Assembly (NCBI GenBank): GCA_964636545.1 | Contig: CAZWSR010000003.1 | Span: 13,847-77,846 of the forward strand | Length of the DNA stretch: 64,000 bases | Direction: 5' to 3' | From: Candidatus Undinarchaeota archaeon | GTDB lineage: Archaea > Undinarchaeota > Undinarchaeia > Undinarchaeales > UBA543 | In this document: in pieces, positions 40,088-49,402 of the stretch | Position numbering within the stretch: position 1 is the stretch's first letter | Layout of the letters: each line of letters opens with the position of its first letter | The notes under the pieces: generated by a model | What the model was told of the DNA's origin: nothing | The model's input: the letters and a program-made list of their open reading frames with translations, nothing else | Database searches by the model: none | Program-made: the position numbers and the translations under genes

Positions 40088-40651
40088 TCACAGAAGCACG
40101 AAAATCAGTTTGACTATTACTGAAACCCCAAGAGAAAGTGAAAGAAGAATAGATAAGAAAATTAGGAAAAGACTAGCCCCGTTTGAGAATGTTTTGAATG
40201 ATTTAGAATTTCTACCTAAGTGAAAAATCAGAAAAACAATTGGTGCTATCAAGAAACTAAGAAGCGAGTTCCAGTTTGGAATAGTTGCAACAACTGTTCC
40301 GCTTGCGAAAACTTTAGAGAAAACAAAAAAGAAACTGGTTGCAATTGCTGAGCCAGCAAGATAGCCAGAGAAAAACCGAATTGTGTTATTACTTTCTCTC
40401 AATTTAAACAACTGAGTAAATCCGTCAATAGCAACTGGAAGGATCATTAAACCGATTAGCCAGATTGAGAATGAAACACTTGAAAGTCCATAAAAGATAA
40501 ACAGCCAGATCAGAGTAAACAAAAACCCATACTGATTTCCAGTGCATCTTGAGCATAAAACCGAGAAGCTGTCAGCAAGTTTGAAACAGCGGTTCTTTTT
40601 CTGGTGGCAAGCAAATCGTAAAATTATTCTGAACAATTCAAGGTTGTTCAT
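40088..40651 (-). CDS. DUF2085 membrane protein
   Basis: CHQ...RC, CSRCTG, P..IDGFTQ...RESNN..R..SG. Confidence 0.85.
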   Translation of the reverse strand: MNNLELFRIILRFACHQKKNRCFKLADSFSVLCSRCTGNQYGFLFTLIWLFIFYGLSSVSFSIWLIGLMILPVAIDGFTQLFKLRESNNTIRFFSGYLAGSAIATSFFFVFSKVFASGTVVATIPNWNSLLSFLIAPIVFLIFHLGRNSKSFKTFSNGASLFLIFLSILLSLSLGVSVIVKLIFVLL

Positions 40652-41727
40652 TCTTTCTCCAAAATCAAACCAAGAACATCTCCGTCCTTGACTTTATGTT
40701 TTAGATGAACTTTTTGAGCATCAAACTTGGCACTTGGACCCCAGACCTCAGCATATCGGAATCGCTTGAGAAATGATTTGTGCAATTGTTTGCAAACATC
40801 TTCAATAGTTGAACCTTTTTTGATAATCAGCGGCTCTTCTAAATCAGCTTTCTTTCCTTGTTTTTTCATGAAAACCCTAATGAAATTTAGTTTTTTGAAA
40901 ATCATTTCCCTGAGCTTGTCAATATTTACACCTTTGTCAGCTGAAATTGTCAAATCGTGTTTTACTTTTGGAACAATTTCAACTGCATCAATTTTATTTA
41001 GAATCCGCAATGCAGGAACATATTTCCGGTTTCCAATAACTGCATCAAGGAAATCATCAAAAGTCAGTTTTCCGCGAGCTGAAACATGAACATTAAGATA
41101 GCCAAATTCAGTAAGAACATCCTTTATTGATTGATTGTCAAGTTTAACTGCGCTGGACTTGTCAATTGTAATTCCACCATACATCTTTTTCTTAACTGCA
41201 ACTGCTGGCTCTGGCTGATCTAATCTGAAATTTGCATCATACAACTCCTTTTCCATTTCAGCAAGTTGTTTTGGTTTGGTTGCATCAATTAAAAGAACAA
41301 CCAAATCTGCGTTTCTGATAACTGAAAGCACTTCCTTACCACGCCCTTTTCCTCCAGCAGCTCCTGAAACAAGTCCTGGAACATCAAAAATCTGGAGTTT
41401 AGAATGATTGTAATTCATCATACCTGGAACAACATTGAGAGTTGTGAATTCGTAGGCGCCAACTGGAGATTCTGCATTTGTGAGCTGATTAAGAAGAGTT
41501 GACTTTCCAACAGACGGGAAGCCGACCAGAATCACAGTAGCGTCGCCTGTTTTCCTTAAACCATAACCAAGACCCTGCGCCTTTCCAACACTTGCTGATT
41601 TTACTAATTGCTCTTTTAATCTAGCGAGTTTTGCTTTAATTTTCCCAATATGGTGCTGAGTAGCTTTGTTGTACTTGGTTGTTACAAGTTCTTCTTCAAG
41701 TTCTTTGATTTCGTCTTCAATTGCCAT
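40648..41727 (-). CDS. DRG-family GTP-binding protein
   Basis: NKATQHHIG, GFPSVGKST, YEFTTL, GRGKEVLSV, TGS domain; start MAIEDE. Confidence 0.93.
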   Translation of the reverse strand: MAIEDEIKELEEELVTTKYNKATQHHIGKIKAKLARLKEQLVKSASVGKAQGLGYGLRKTGDATVILVGFPSVGKSTLLNQLTNAESPVGAYEFTTLNVVPGMMNYNHSKLQIFDVPGLVSGAAGGKGRGKEVLSVIRNADLVVLLIDATKPKQLAEMEKELYDANFRLDQPEPAVAVKKKMYGGITIDKSSAVKLDNQSIKDVLTEFGYLNVHVSARGKLTFDDFLDAVIGNRKYVPALRILNKIDAVEIVPKVKHDLTISADKGVNIDKLREMIFKKLNFIRVFMKKQGKKADLEEPLIIKKGSTIEDVCKQLHKSFLKRFRYAEVWGPSAKFDAQKVHLKHKVKDGDVLGLILEKE

Positions 41728-41779
41728 ATAATAAAATATAAAAAGGTAGATATGATATAAAGATACTGGTAAGGTAAAA

Positions 41780-42027
41780 ATGGTAAGAAAAGGAAAAAGA
41801 GCAAAAGATAACAACAGCAAGAAAGAAAAAAAGAAAAACTTTGCAACAATTAATTGTAGAATCTGCGGAGCATTTGCAGGGCAATTTGAATATACTGAGA
41901 AAGTAGATTATCAGCGAAAAGTAAAAAAGGAGTTAGGAAACACGCAGTGGCGAAATGTGAAAAATGTAAGAATGATAAAGAATTTGTAATAGTTGTGAAA
42001 GGAAAAACAAGAGATATAATAAAATAG
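41780..42027 (+). CDS. small zinc-ribbon protein split by a -1 frameshift (programmed, pseudogene or sequence error)
   Basis: Frame 0 gives CRIC; the -1 frame gives CEKC...DIIK*; A_AAA_AAG at 41923-41929. Confidence 0.5.
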
Positions 42028-42105
42028 ACAGAAAGGTTGTTATATTATAAAGATATTTGGTAGCTGACCCAAAACTAATTTAAACCAAACAATTAACTCT
42101 AAATT

Positions 42106-42906
42106 ATGAAAAATCAGGAATGGCTAGCAACCTGCCAAGCAATCGGCGATGAGGCATCAAGAGAGGTTATGCATTATTACAAACGCAATACAGGGACTGA
42201 GGAGATTGGACGAGGTTATGGCGGAGATATGACAATGCAGGTTGACAAGATTGCTGAGGACATTATTATCAAACACCTGAAAAAAACAAATGAAAACATC
42301 AAATTAACCACAGAAGAAGCAGGAGTTGTGAAAATCGGGAAAGGTGAACCAGATTATTTAGTATTTGCAGATCCGCTGGACGGCTCATTCAATTTCAAAA
42401 TGGGAATTGGTTATTTTGGAACTTCAATCGCCGTTCTAGATGCAAAAAAGAATATTGATGTTGTTGGCTACACTAAAAATTTTGTAAGCAAATCAGAATA
42501 TTATGCAATGCTTGGCAAAGGTGCTTTCAAAAATGGAGACAGAGTTTACACAAGCAAGAAAGAAACACCTGAAAACGTTATGCTGGAATGCTCGTATGGT
42601 GCAAATTTTGATAGTATTAAAAAAATCACAGATGTTTTTCACACAGCACGACACTCCAGAATGGCTGGAGCAGTTGCAATTGATTACTGCAAAGTTGCAA
42701 GTGGCGGATTTGATGCTTTGATTTACGCTGGATCAAAAAGATATTTAGATGTTGTTGCAGGAAATTTCATTATCAAGGAAGCAGGTGGAGTGATTACTGA
42801 CTTTACTGGCAATGAAACAATTTACAAAGGAAATGAGCTTCTTGCAAGTGATTTGCTGGTTTGCGGAAACACGAAAATTCGAGATTATATTTTGGGGAAG
42901 AAATGA
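42106..42906 (+). CDS. inositol monophosphatase / FBPase class IV family
   Basis: TEE, DPLDGSFNF, RMAGAVA, LDVVAG..I.KEAGG. Confidence 0.9.
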   Translation: MKNQEWLATCQAIGDEASREVMHYYKRNTGTEEIGRGYGGDMTMQVDKIAEDIIIKHLKKTNENIKLTTEEAGVVKIGKGEPDYLVFADPLDGSFNFKMGIGYFGTSIAVLDAKKNIDVVGYTKNFVSKSEYYAMLGKGAFKNGDRVYTSKKETPENVMLECSYGANFDSIKKITDVFHTARHSRMAGAVAIDYCKVASGGFDALIYAGSKRYLDVVAGNFIIKEAGGVITDFTGNETIYKGNELLASDLLVCGNTKIRDYILGKK

Positions 42907-43676
42907 TTACAGTTGTCTTAATTGAACCACATTATTCTGGGAATATTGGCTCAGTTTGCAGAGCTATGAAGAATTTTGGATTTAGTAAATTGGAATTTGT
43001 TAATCCAAAAAAGATTACAGCTGAAGCTGGGATGATGGCTGTTCATGCAAAAGATGTTCTGGAAAAAGCAAAAACAGTAACTAAGTTTGATTTTAAGAAA
43101 TATGATTATGTAATTGGAACAAGTTGCAAAGCAACAGAAAAGGATGATTATTTTTTGAGAATGACAACGCCACTGAAAGAGTTGAAAAAGAAATTTGGGG
43201 CACCGGGGCGCGGGGGCGCCGCTGGACAGAAACGGCGCTCCGGATCCACGGCGCTCCGGCCAACTGGAAAGATAGCAATTGTGTTTGGTCCAGAACCTTC
43301 TGGCTTGTCAAATGAATTTCTTGAGAAATGTGATATCATCACAACAATCCCAACTTCTCCAAAATACAGAAGCATGAATTTGTCACACGCTGTTGCAGTA
43401 GTGCTGTACGAACTTGCAGGTAGTGGGCAGGGGGCAGTGAGCAGTGGGGCAACAGTGCGATTAGCAAATTCAAAGGAGAAATCACTAATCAATACCAATA
43501 TGAAAAGTATTGTTAAGAAAAGTGGTTATCCTGCTGAAAAACACAAAGTATTTAACAGCATGTTCCAGAAGCTCCTAGGGAGAGCAGTAGTAACTGGGAG
43601 AGAAGCAAACACATTAATAGGCGTTCTCAAACGTATAAAGAAGGCAACAGGCGTCAGGGATCAGGCATCAGGATAA
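42903..43676 (+). CDS. TrmJ/SpoU tRNA methyltransferase with two repeat-derived insertions and a repeat-derived C-terminus
   Basis: GNIGSVCRAMKNFG, VFGPEPSGLSNE, SMNLSHAV. Confidence 0.9.
   Translation: MITVVLIEPHYSGNIGSVCRAMKNFGFSKLEFVNPKKITAEAGMMAVHAKDVLEKAKTVTKFDFKKYDYVIGTSCKATEKDDYFLRMTTPLKELKKKFGAPGRGGAAGQKRRSGSTALRPTGKIAIVFGPEPSGLSNEFLEKCDIITTIPTSPKYRSMNLSHAVAVVLYELAGSGQGAVSSGATVRLANSKEKSLINTNMKSIVKKSGYPAEKHKVFNSMFQKLLGRAVVTGREANTLIGVLKRIKKATGVRDQASG
43197..43264. repeat. inverted GC-rich 8-nt arrays, family A, in frame inside the TrmJ gene
   Basis: GGGGCACC GGGGCGCG GGGGCGCC ... CGGCGCTC CGGATCCA CGGCGCTC CGGCCAAC. Confidence 0.88.
43419..43450. repeat. 7-nt array, family B, in frame inside the TrmJ gene
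   Basis: GGTAGTG GGCAGGG GGCAGTG AGCAGTG. Confidence 0.8.
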
Positions 43677-43713
43677 CAAAACCTGATACCAGAAACCCGA
43701 TACCTGATACCTG
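43644..43713. repeat. inverted 7-nt arrays (hairpin), family C; the TrmJ stop codon lies in the loop
   Basis: GCAACAG GCGTCAG GGATCAG GCATCAG gataacaaaac CTGATAC CAGAAAC CCGATAC CTGATAC. Confidence 0.88.
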
Positions 43714-43735
43714 TAAAAAAGAGGTAAATAAAAAA

Positions 43736-45028
43736 ATGTCATTACTTATGGGCGGCGGCGGATCAACAGTTCAGACAATGATAAACTGGGGTATAATGCT
43801 TTTTATCTTCATGTTTATTTTGCCTAAATTGTACTTTTACCAGATATTTTCAAAACTGGAACTAAGTGCTAGGAAACTTGAGGCACTTTCTGATAAAGCT
43901 CAGAAACAATTGCTCAAAGATACAAAAAAATGGAGCAATAGCCAGAGTGGGCCAAAGGGAATTCTCAAAGGCTTTATTGACTTTTTCATGATACCCCCAA
44001 TTAATCTTGATCCATTTGGAATTGTTAAGAAACTGGGTCACATGATAGACCACACAGAAAACAGGTTCAAAGAAACTGCAAAACAAATGGTGCCAAAAGC
44101 AAATAGTGAGCAGATAATGAATGTGAATATGGGATTGCAAGCAGCAACCATGCTCCACCAGCTCTCAAAAATAGTTAGACACTATGTTGAAATGGCAAAG
44201 AAATTCAAGAACTTGCAAATCGCAATGATAATTCAGATGCAGATGCCAATACTTGAGAAAATCGCAGAAGCACAATATGATGGAATGGAAACTTTCCTCA
44301 AAGGAGAAGCAATTGGAGATGCAGCAGGACCGCTAACAATCGCCAGTTTGCTTGACAAAGAAGGAAAAGAAATTGCACAAGATGTTGTTGCAGTAACTGA
44401 AAAGAAATGGGGCAGAAACATAACATTCCTTAAAGCAAGTGGACCAGGTGGACGCCTTGGAAAACTTGGAGAAGCTGTTGCAAAAGCTTGCAAAGGCAGG
44501 AAAATAACAAAAATAATCACAATTGACGCTGCTCAGAAGCTTGAAGGAGAGAAAACAGGCAGTGTTGCAGAAGGAGTAGGTGTTGCAATGGGTGGAGCGG
44601 GAGTACAGAGATCGCAAATTGAAGCAACTGCAGTTACTTTAGGTGTTCCAGTTGAAGCAGTTGCAATAAAAATGAGTCCTTTCCAGGCAATTAAGCCAAT
44701 GACAATTAATGTATTGAAAGCAATTGACAAGGCAACTGGATTACTTAGAATGAGAGTAGAAGCCACACCGAAAGGTTCAAATATAGTAGTGATTGGTGTA
44801 GGTAACACTTGTGGTATTCCTAACACAAACAAAAACCTTAAAAGCGTTGAGGAAGCCATAAAGAAAGCCGCTAGGAAGAAAAAAGCAGAAGAACAGAAGA
44901 AAATGAAGAAAGGCCTGTTCAAGAGAAAGAAAAAACAAGGCGACTATGACGATGATGATGTGCCAGCTACTGGTTCAATGTCAAAACTTGGGATGTTCAT
45001 GAATTTCATGTATTCCAGAATAAGATAA
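43736..45028 (+). CDS. DUF1512 family protein
   Basis: P..LDPFGIV, AIGDAAGP, IDAAQKLEGEKTGSVAEGVGVAMGG, IGVGNT. Confidence 0.8.
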   Translation: MSLLMGGGGSTVQTMINWGIMLFIFMFILPKLYFYQIFSKLELSARKLEALSDKAQKQLLKDTKKWSNSQSGPKGILKGFIDFFMIPPINLDPFGIVKKLGHMIDHTENRFKETAKQMVPKANSEQIMNVNMGLQAATMLHQLSKIVRHYVEMAKKFKNLQIAMIIQMQMPILEKIAEAQYDGMETFLKGEAIGDAAGPLTIASLLDKEGKEIAQDVVAVTEKKWGRNITFLKASGPGGRLGKLGEAVAKACKGRKITKIITIDAAQKLEGEKTGSVAEGVGVAMGGAGVQRSQIEATAVTLGVPVEAVAIKMSPFQAIKPMTINVLKAIDKATGLLRMRVEATPKGSNIVVIGVGNTCGIPNTNKNLKSVEEAIKKAARKKKAEEQKKMKKGLFKRKKKQGDYDDDDVPATGSMSKLGMFMNFMYSRIR

Positions 45029-45029
45029 G

Positions 45030-45103
45030 AGGCATCAGGTGTCAGCAGTCAGCCATCAGGACCTGATGGCTGAAGGCCGAGGGCTGAAACCTTAACCAAG
45101 AGG
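45030..45103. repeat. inverted 7-nt arrays (hairpin), family D
   Basis: GGTGTCA GCAGTCA GCCATCA GGACC TGATGGC TGAAGGC CGAGGGC TGAAACC TTAACCAAGAGG. Confidence 0.88.
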
Positions 45104-45113
45104 ACAAATAAAA

Positions 45114-45644
45114 ATGGGTGAACGAAGAGGAGGAATTTACGCAAGGTTCGATTCAAGGCCGAACTGTAGAAAGAGTGAGCGAAAGCCTCGAAAAGGATAT
45201 GTAAAAGGAGTTCCAGGACTACGAATTCACCACTTCCACACAGGAAACAGGAAAAGCAAATTTGATATTGAACTTTCACTTGCACCAGAGAATGATGTTC
45301 AGATAAAGCACACAGCTCTGGAAGCAGCTCGTATTAGCGCTGGAAAAACACTTGCAACCAAACTTGGCGAGCAGAATTTTCATTTACTTATTAGAAAGTA
45401 CCCACACCACATTTTGAGGGAAAACTCAATGGCTACTGGTGCTGGTGCAGACCGATTTTCAAGTGGTATGAGCAAATCTTTTGGTAGACCTATTGGAATG
45501 GCAGCCCGTGTTAGACGCGGAGAGAAGATTATGAGCTTGTTTGTTCCAAAAGGCAGTGAAGTTGTTGCAAAAGATGCACTACGAAGAGCAAATATGAAAT
45601 TCCCAGCAAGATGCAGTACCACTATTGAGAAGGTATTGGAATAA
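45114..45644 (+). CDS. rpl10e: 50S ribosomal protein uL16 (L10e)
   Basis: ALEAARI, YPHHILREN..ATGAGADRFSSGM..SFGRPIG. Confidence 0.96.
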   Translation: MGERRGGIYARFDSRPNCRKSERKPRKGYVKGVPGLRIHHFHTGNRKSKFDIELSLAPENDVQIKHTALEAARISAGKTLATKLGEQNFHLLIRKYPHHILRENSMATGAGADRFSSGMSKSFGRPIGMAARVRRGEKIMSLFVPKGSEVVAKDALRRANMKFPARCSTTIEKVLE

Positions 45645-45690
45645 AGCAGATTTCTAAAAGAATTTATACTAAAAAGTTAAAGGAATAGCC

Positions 45691-46551
45691 ATGACACCAT
45701 CCTGGAGAAGAAAATTTGAGGAATTTAATAACGAGAAGGTAGTTGATACGATTCTTGAAAAACTTGAGACTAACATAAGAGACAAGGACGAAAAAAAGAG
45801 GGAAGTTGAAATAGACTGGGATCATGACGGAGATACAGATGCATGGGAAAGAAATGAACGGACCATTGCAGAATTTGTTAACAAAGAAAAATTTATTTCA
45901 AAACTTGTGAAAGGAGTAAAACCAATAAGAGTGGATGGAAATGAAAGATTTTATGGATTATTTGCACAAGAAATAGATGGCTGGAAAGTTCTACTAGAAC
46001 CATGGACACAAGTGGACAAAGGAAAGGTAATTAGTGCAGAGTATGAGAGTGTTACGATAATTATAGCAAAGATAGACAACAAAAGAAATTTGGAATACAA
46101 GGCTGATCGAATCTATGGAGAACATTTAGCAGTACAACATGAAGATTGCTCATCTTTTTTAGGTGCAAAATTTGACTTGAAATTCAAAACATCAAAGAAT
46201 CCAAAGGGCCTGATTCTTGGAGAAGATTTGTATGATTTCGCAGGAGAACTTATTGAATTATCAAAAAGTATGGATTGTGGAATAGGAGTAAAAAACATTA
46301 AGCAGAAAAAGAACGGAGAGTTGAAATTCCATGGAGGAATACATATCTACCCTCGTTTTCAAAGCTCATTTAAGAACAATAAAATGAAGATACAAATGGG
46401 TTATGCTTTATTTTATAGAGAAGGATATGAGTTATGGGGCAACAGAATAGGATTGAACAAAACAGATGATAAGGCAAATGGAGTTGAACTAAAGATCCCA
46501 TATACAACAGGAGATCTTGATGATCTTGGATTTACAGACGGAGAGTCGTGA
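45691..46551 (+). CDS. hypothetical protein
   Basis: 286 aa ORF with upstream TTTATA box; no recognised family. Confidence 0.65.
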   Translation: MTPSWRRKFEEFNNEKVVDTILEKLETNIRDKDEKKREVEIDWDHDGDTDAWERNERTIAEFVNKEKFISKLVKGVKPIRVDGNERFYGLFAQEIDGWKVLLEPWTQVDKGKVISAEYESVTIIIAKIDNKRNLEYKADRIYGEHLAVQHEDCSSFLGAKFDLKFKTSKNPKGLILGEDLYDFAGELIELSKSMDCGIGVKNIKQKKNGELKFHGGIHIYPRFQSSFKNNKMKIQMGYALFYREGYELWGNRIGLNKTDDKANGVELKIPYTTGDLDDLGFTDGES

Positions 46552-46618
46552 ATAACTGAAACTCACATTACCCACTATTTATTTAAACCCGCGATTACTA
46601 CTGCGATTAAGATAAAAC

Positions 46619-49366
46619 ATGGATTATATTGTATGGTTCAAAGATTTGAATAAAAAAAGCATCAGCGTAGCTGGAGGTAAAGGAGCAAACCTTGGTGAGC
46701 TGACTGCTGCTGGAATGCCAGTGCCTGAAGGTTTTATTTTAACTGCACAAACCTACAAGAAATTTATTGACGAGGCAGATCTGAATGAAGACATAAACGA
46801 AATTCTAAAGGACTTGGATGTTGAGGATAATGACAAACTGCAGAAGGCATCAAAAGATATTGGAAGTATGATAACTGGTTCTCCAATGCCAGATGAAGTG
46901 CAGGAAGCAATCAAAACCGAGTATGAAAAAATTGAATCAACTGATAATATTATAATTGCAGGAACAGGGCAAGAACCAGGAGAATTTGTTGCAGTGCGCT
47001 CTTCAGCAACTGCAGAGGACCTGCCAGGCGCAAGTTTCGCAGGCCAACAAGCAACTTTCTTGAATGTGAAAGGTGGAACCAACCTAATCCACGCAGTAAA
47101 AGAGTGCTGGGCTTCATTGTTTACAGCAAGAGCAATTTATTATCGTGTGAAAAAAGGTTTTGAGCATGAGAAAGTTCTGATTTCAGTTATTGTTCAGAAA
47201 ATGATTGACTCAGACAAGTCAGGAGTTATGTTTACTGTAAATCCAGTTGATAATGACCGCTCAAAAATTTCAATTGACTCTGCTTGGGGACTTGGAGAAG
47301 CAATTGTTGGCGGACAAGTTACTCCAGATCACTTCCTTGTTGATAAAGAAACACAAGAAATTACAGAAAGTAAAGTTTCTAAAAAGGACTTCATGTACAC
47401 CCGAGATATTGCAGAAGGAAACACAACAAAAGTGACTTTGACTGACGAAACCGCGAATAAGAGCTCAGTTACTGATGAGGAAGTTAAAACTCTTGCTGAG
47501 TTTGGGAAGAAGATTGAGGCGCATTATGATTATCCACAAGATATTGAATGGGCAATTGATAGTGGTGAATTTTTCATTTTGCAATCAAGGCCAGTTACGA
47601 CTTTAGGGGATGAAGATGGAAAGGCAGTAGGTAGTGGGCAGAAGGCAGTAGCTGAAAAACCTCAAACCACTGCACCAACAGGCGATGTTTTAGTAAAAGG
47701 TTTTGGCGCAAGCCCAGGAATTGGCGGCGGAAAAGTGAAGATTGTTCACGATGCTAGTGAATTAACAAAAGTTGAAAAAGGAAATGTGCTTGTTGCTAAA
47801 ATGACTAGCCCAGATATGGTTCCAGCAATGGAAAGAGCAAGTGCAATTGTCACAAATGAAGGTGGAGTAACTTGTCATGCTGCAATTGTTTCACGAGAAC
47901 TTGGAATACCATGTATTGTTGGAAGTGAAAATGCAACTGAAGTTTTGAAAGATGATCAAGAAGTCACAGTTGATGCAAAAGCAGGAGTTGTTTACCCTGG
48001 AATAAAAGCAAATGCAAGCACAGAACCAATAAAACTTGAAACAGCTGACAAAATCCCAACAAAAACAAAGATTTATGTTAATTTAGGAATTCCAAGCAAG
48101 GCAAAAGAGGTTGCTGCACTGCCAGTTGACGGTGTTGGTTTGATGCGAGAAGAATTTTTAATTGCTTCGCAGATTGGTGAGCACCCACTTGCAATGATTG
48201 AACGTGGAGCATCGCAGGAGTTTATTGACAAATTAGCTGACGGAATTCAGCAAGTTGCTGAAGCATTTAATCCACGACCAGTTGTTCTGCGACTAAGTGA
48301 TTTGAAAACAAATGAGTACCATGACTTGAAAGGTGGAGATAAATTTGAAGATCCTGAAGATAATCCAATGATTGGATGGCGCGGATGCTCAAGATACACT
48401 TCTGACAAATACAAAGAGGCATTCAAGCTTGAATTGAAAGCTGTGAAGAAGGTGCGTGATGCTGGTTTCAAGAATATTGTAATAATGTTACCGTTTGTTA
48501 GAAAACTTGATGATGTTACACGAGTTACAGAACTGATGAAAGAAGAAGGACTTGAGCGCGGCGAGGACTTGAAATTATGGATAATGGCAGAAGTTCCTTC
48601 AGTTGTTATTCTTGCTGACGAATTTGCAAAACTTGTTGATGGATTTTCAATTGGCAGTAATGATTTAACTCAATTGACAATGGGAGCAGACCGCGATTCT
48701 GAATTGCTTGAGAAACTTGGTTATTTTGATGAGCGAGATGAAGCAGTTATGCGATCAATTGCACGTTTGATAAAATTAGGAAATAATGCAGGAATTACTG
48801 TTTCAATTTGCGGACAAGCACCTAGCACAAAGCCAGAGATTATCAAAGTTTTAGTTGAGAAAGGAATTACTTCAATAAGTGCAAATCCAGATGTTGCTGT
48901 GCAGACAATGAAAATGGTTGCTCAGGAAGAGAGTAAGATTACTTTAGCTAAGGATGAAATTGAATCAGGGGCTCCGGGGCGCAGTGAAACCGGGGCGACG
49001 GAGCGGAGTATAGACGTAGAGACGAAAACAGAACCTCAAACTCCAAACCCACAACCCCAAACCACTGAACCAATTGAAATACAAACTCCAAGCCATGTAG
49101 AACCGAAACCACCTAGCGCACCAGCCCCTATGCCACCTAAAGAAGAATCAGAGAAAAAGCAAGAGAACCTACCCCATTTTTCACCTCCAGCACAACTTCC
49201 AAAAAAAGATGATGACGAAGACGACGAGGATGACGATGATAATGGATTTATTGAGAAAGTAGAAGATGTTGTTGAAGATATTGGAGATAAAGTTGAAGAA
49301 ATTGGAGAAAAAGTAACTGGATTTTTCAGGCATGATAAGGACGAGGAAGGGAAGGAAGAAGAATAG
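46619..49366 (+). CDS. ppsA: phosphoenolpyruvate synthase with long disordered C-terminal extension
   Basis: GGKGANLGE, VRSSATAED..ASFAGQ, TCHAAIVSRELG, NPMIGWRG, SIGSNDLTQ, ICGQAPS. Confidence 0.95.
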   Translation: MDYIVWFKDLNKKSISVAGGKGANLGELTAAGMPVPEGFILTAQTYKKFIDEADLNEDINEILKDLDVEDNDKLQKASKDIGSMITGSPMPDEVQEAIKTEYEKIESTDNIIIAGTGQEPGEFVAVRSSATAEDLPGASFAGQQATFLNVKGGTNLIHAVKECWASLFTARAIYYRVKKGFEHEKVLISVIVQKMIDSDKSGVMFTVNPVDNDRSKISIDSAWGLGEAIVGGQVTPDHFLVDKETQEITESKVSKKDFMYTRDIAEGNTTKVTLTDETANKSSVTDEEVKTLAEFGKKIEAHYDYPQDIEWAIDSGEFFILQSRPVTTLGDEDGKAVGSGQKAVAEKPQTTAPTGDVLVKGFGASPGIGGGKVKIVHDASELTKVEKGNVLVAKMTSPDMVPAMERASAIVTNEGGVTCHAAIVSRELGIPCIVGSENATEVLKDDQEVTVDAKAGVVYPGIKANASTEPIKLETADKIPTKTKIYVNLGIPSKAKEVAALPVDGVGLMREEFLIASQIGEHPLAMIERGASQEFIDKLADGIQQVAEAFNPRPVVLRLSDLKTNEYHDLKGGDKFEDPEDNPMIGWRGCSRYTSDKYKEAFKLELKAVKKVRDAGFKNIVIMLPFVRKLDDVTRVTELMKEEGLERGEDLKLWIMAEVPSVVILADEFAKLVDGFSIGSNDLTQLTMGADRDSELLEKLGYFDERDEAVMRSIARLIKLGNNAGITVSICGQAPSTKPEIIKVLVEKGITSISANPDVAVQTMKMVAQEESKITLAKDEIESGAPGRSETGATERSIDVETKTEPQTPNPQPQTTEPIEIQTPSHVEPKPPSAPAPMPPKEESEKKQENLPHFSPPAQLPKKDDDEDDEDDDDNGFIEKVEDVVEDIGDKVEEIGEKVTGFFRHDKDEEGKEEE
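47623..47650. repeat. 7-nt array, family B, in frame in the ppsA linker
   Basis: GGCAGTA GGTAGTG GGCAGAA GGCAGTA. Confidence 0.8.
48968..49007. repeat. 8-nt array, family A, in frame in the ppsA tail
   Basis: GGGGCTCC GGGGCGCA GTGAAACC GGGGCGAC GGAGCGGA. Confidence 0.8.
49034..49061. repeat. 7-nt array, family F-like, in frame in the ppsA tail
   Basis: CCTCAAA CTCCAAA CCCACAA CCCCAAA. Confidence 0.65.
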
Positions 49367-49402
49367 CTAACATTTTTATACCATAACTTGAAGGAATTTA
49401 TT

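Noticed and set aside
41728-41820. Hydrophobic N-terminal extension on the DRG GTPase
   Set aside because: It arises from an upstream TTG in AT-rich promoter DNA; the family start is MAIEDE.
45691-46551. DWDHDGDTD calcium-binding-like motif in an orphan
   Set aside because: A single short motif is not enough to assign a function.
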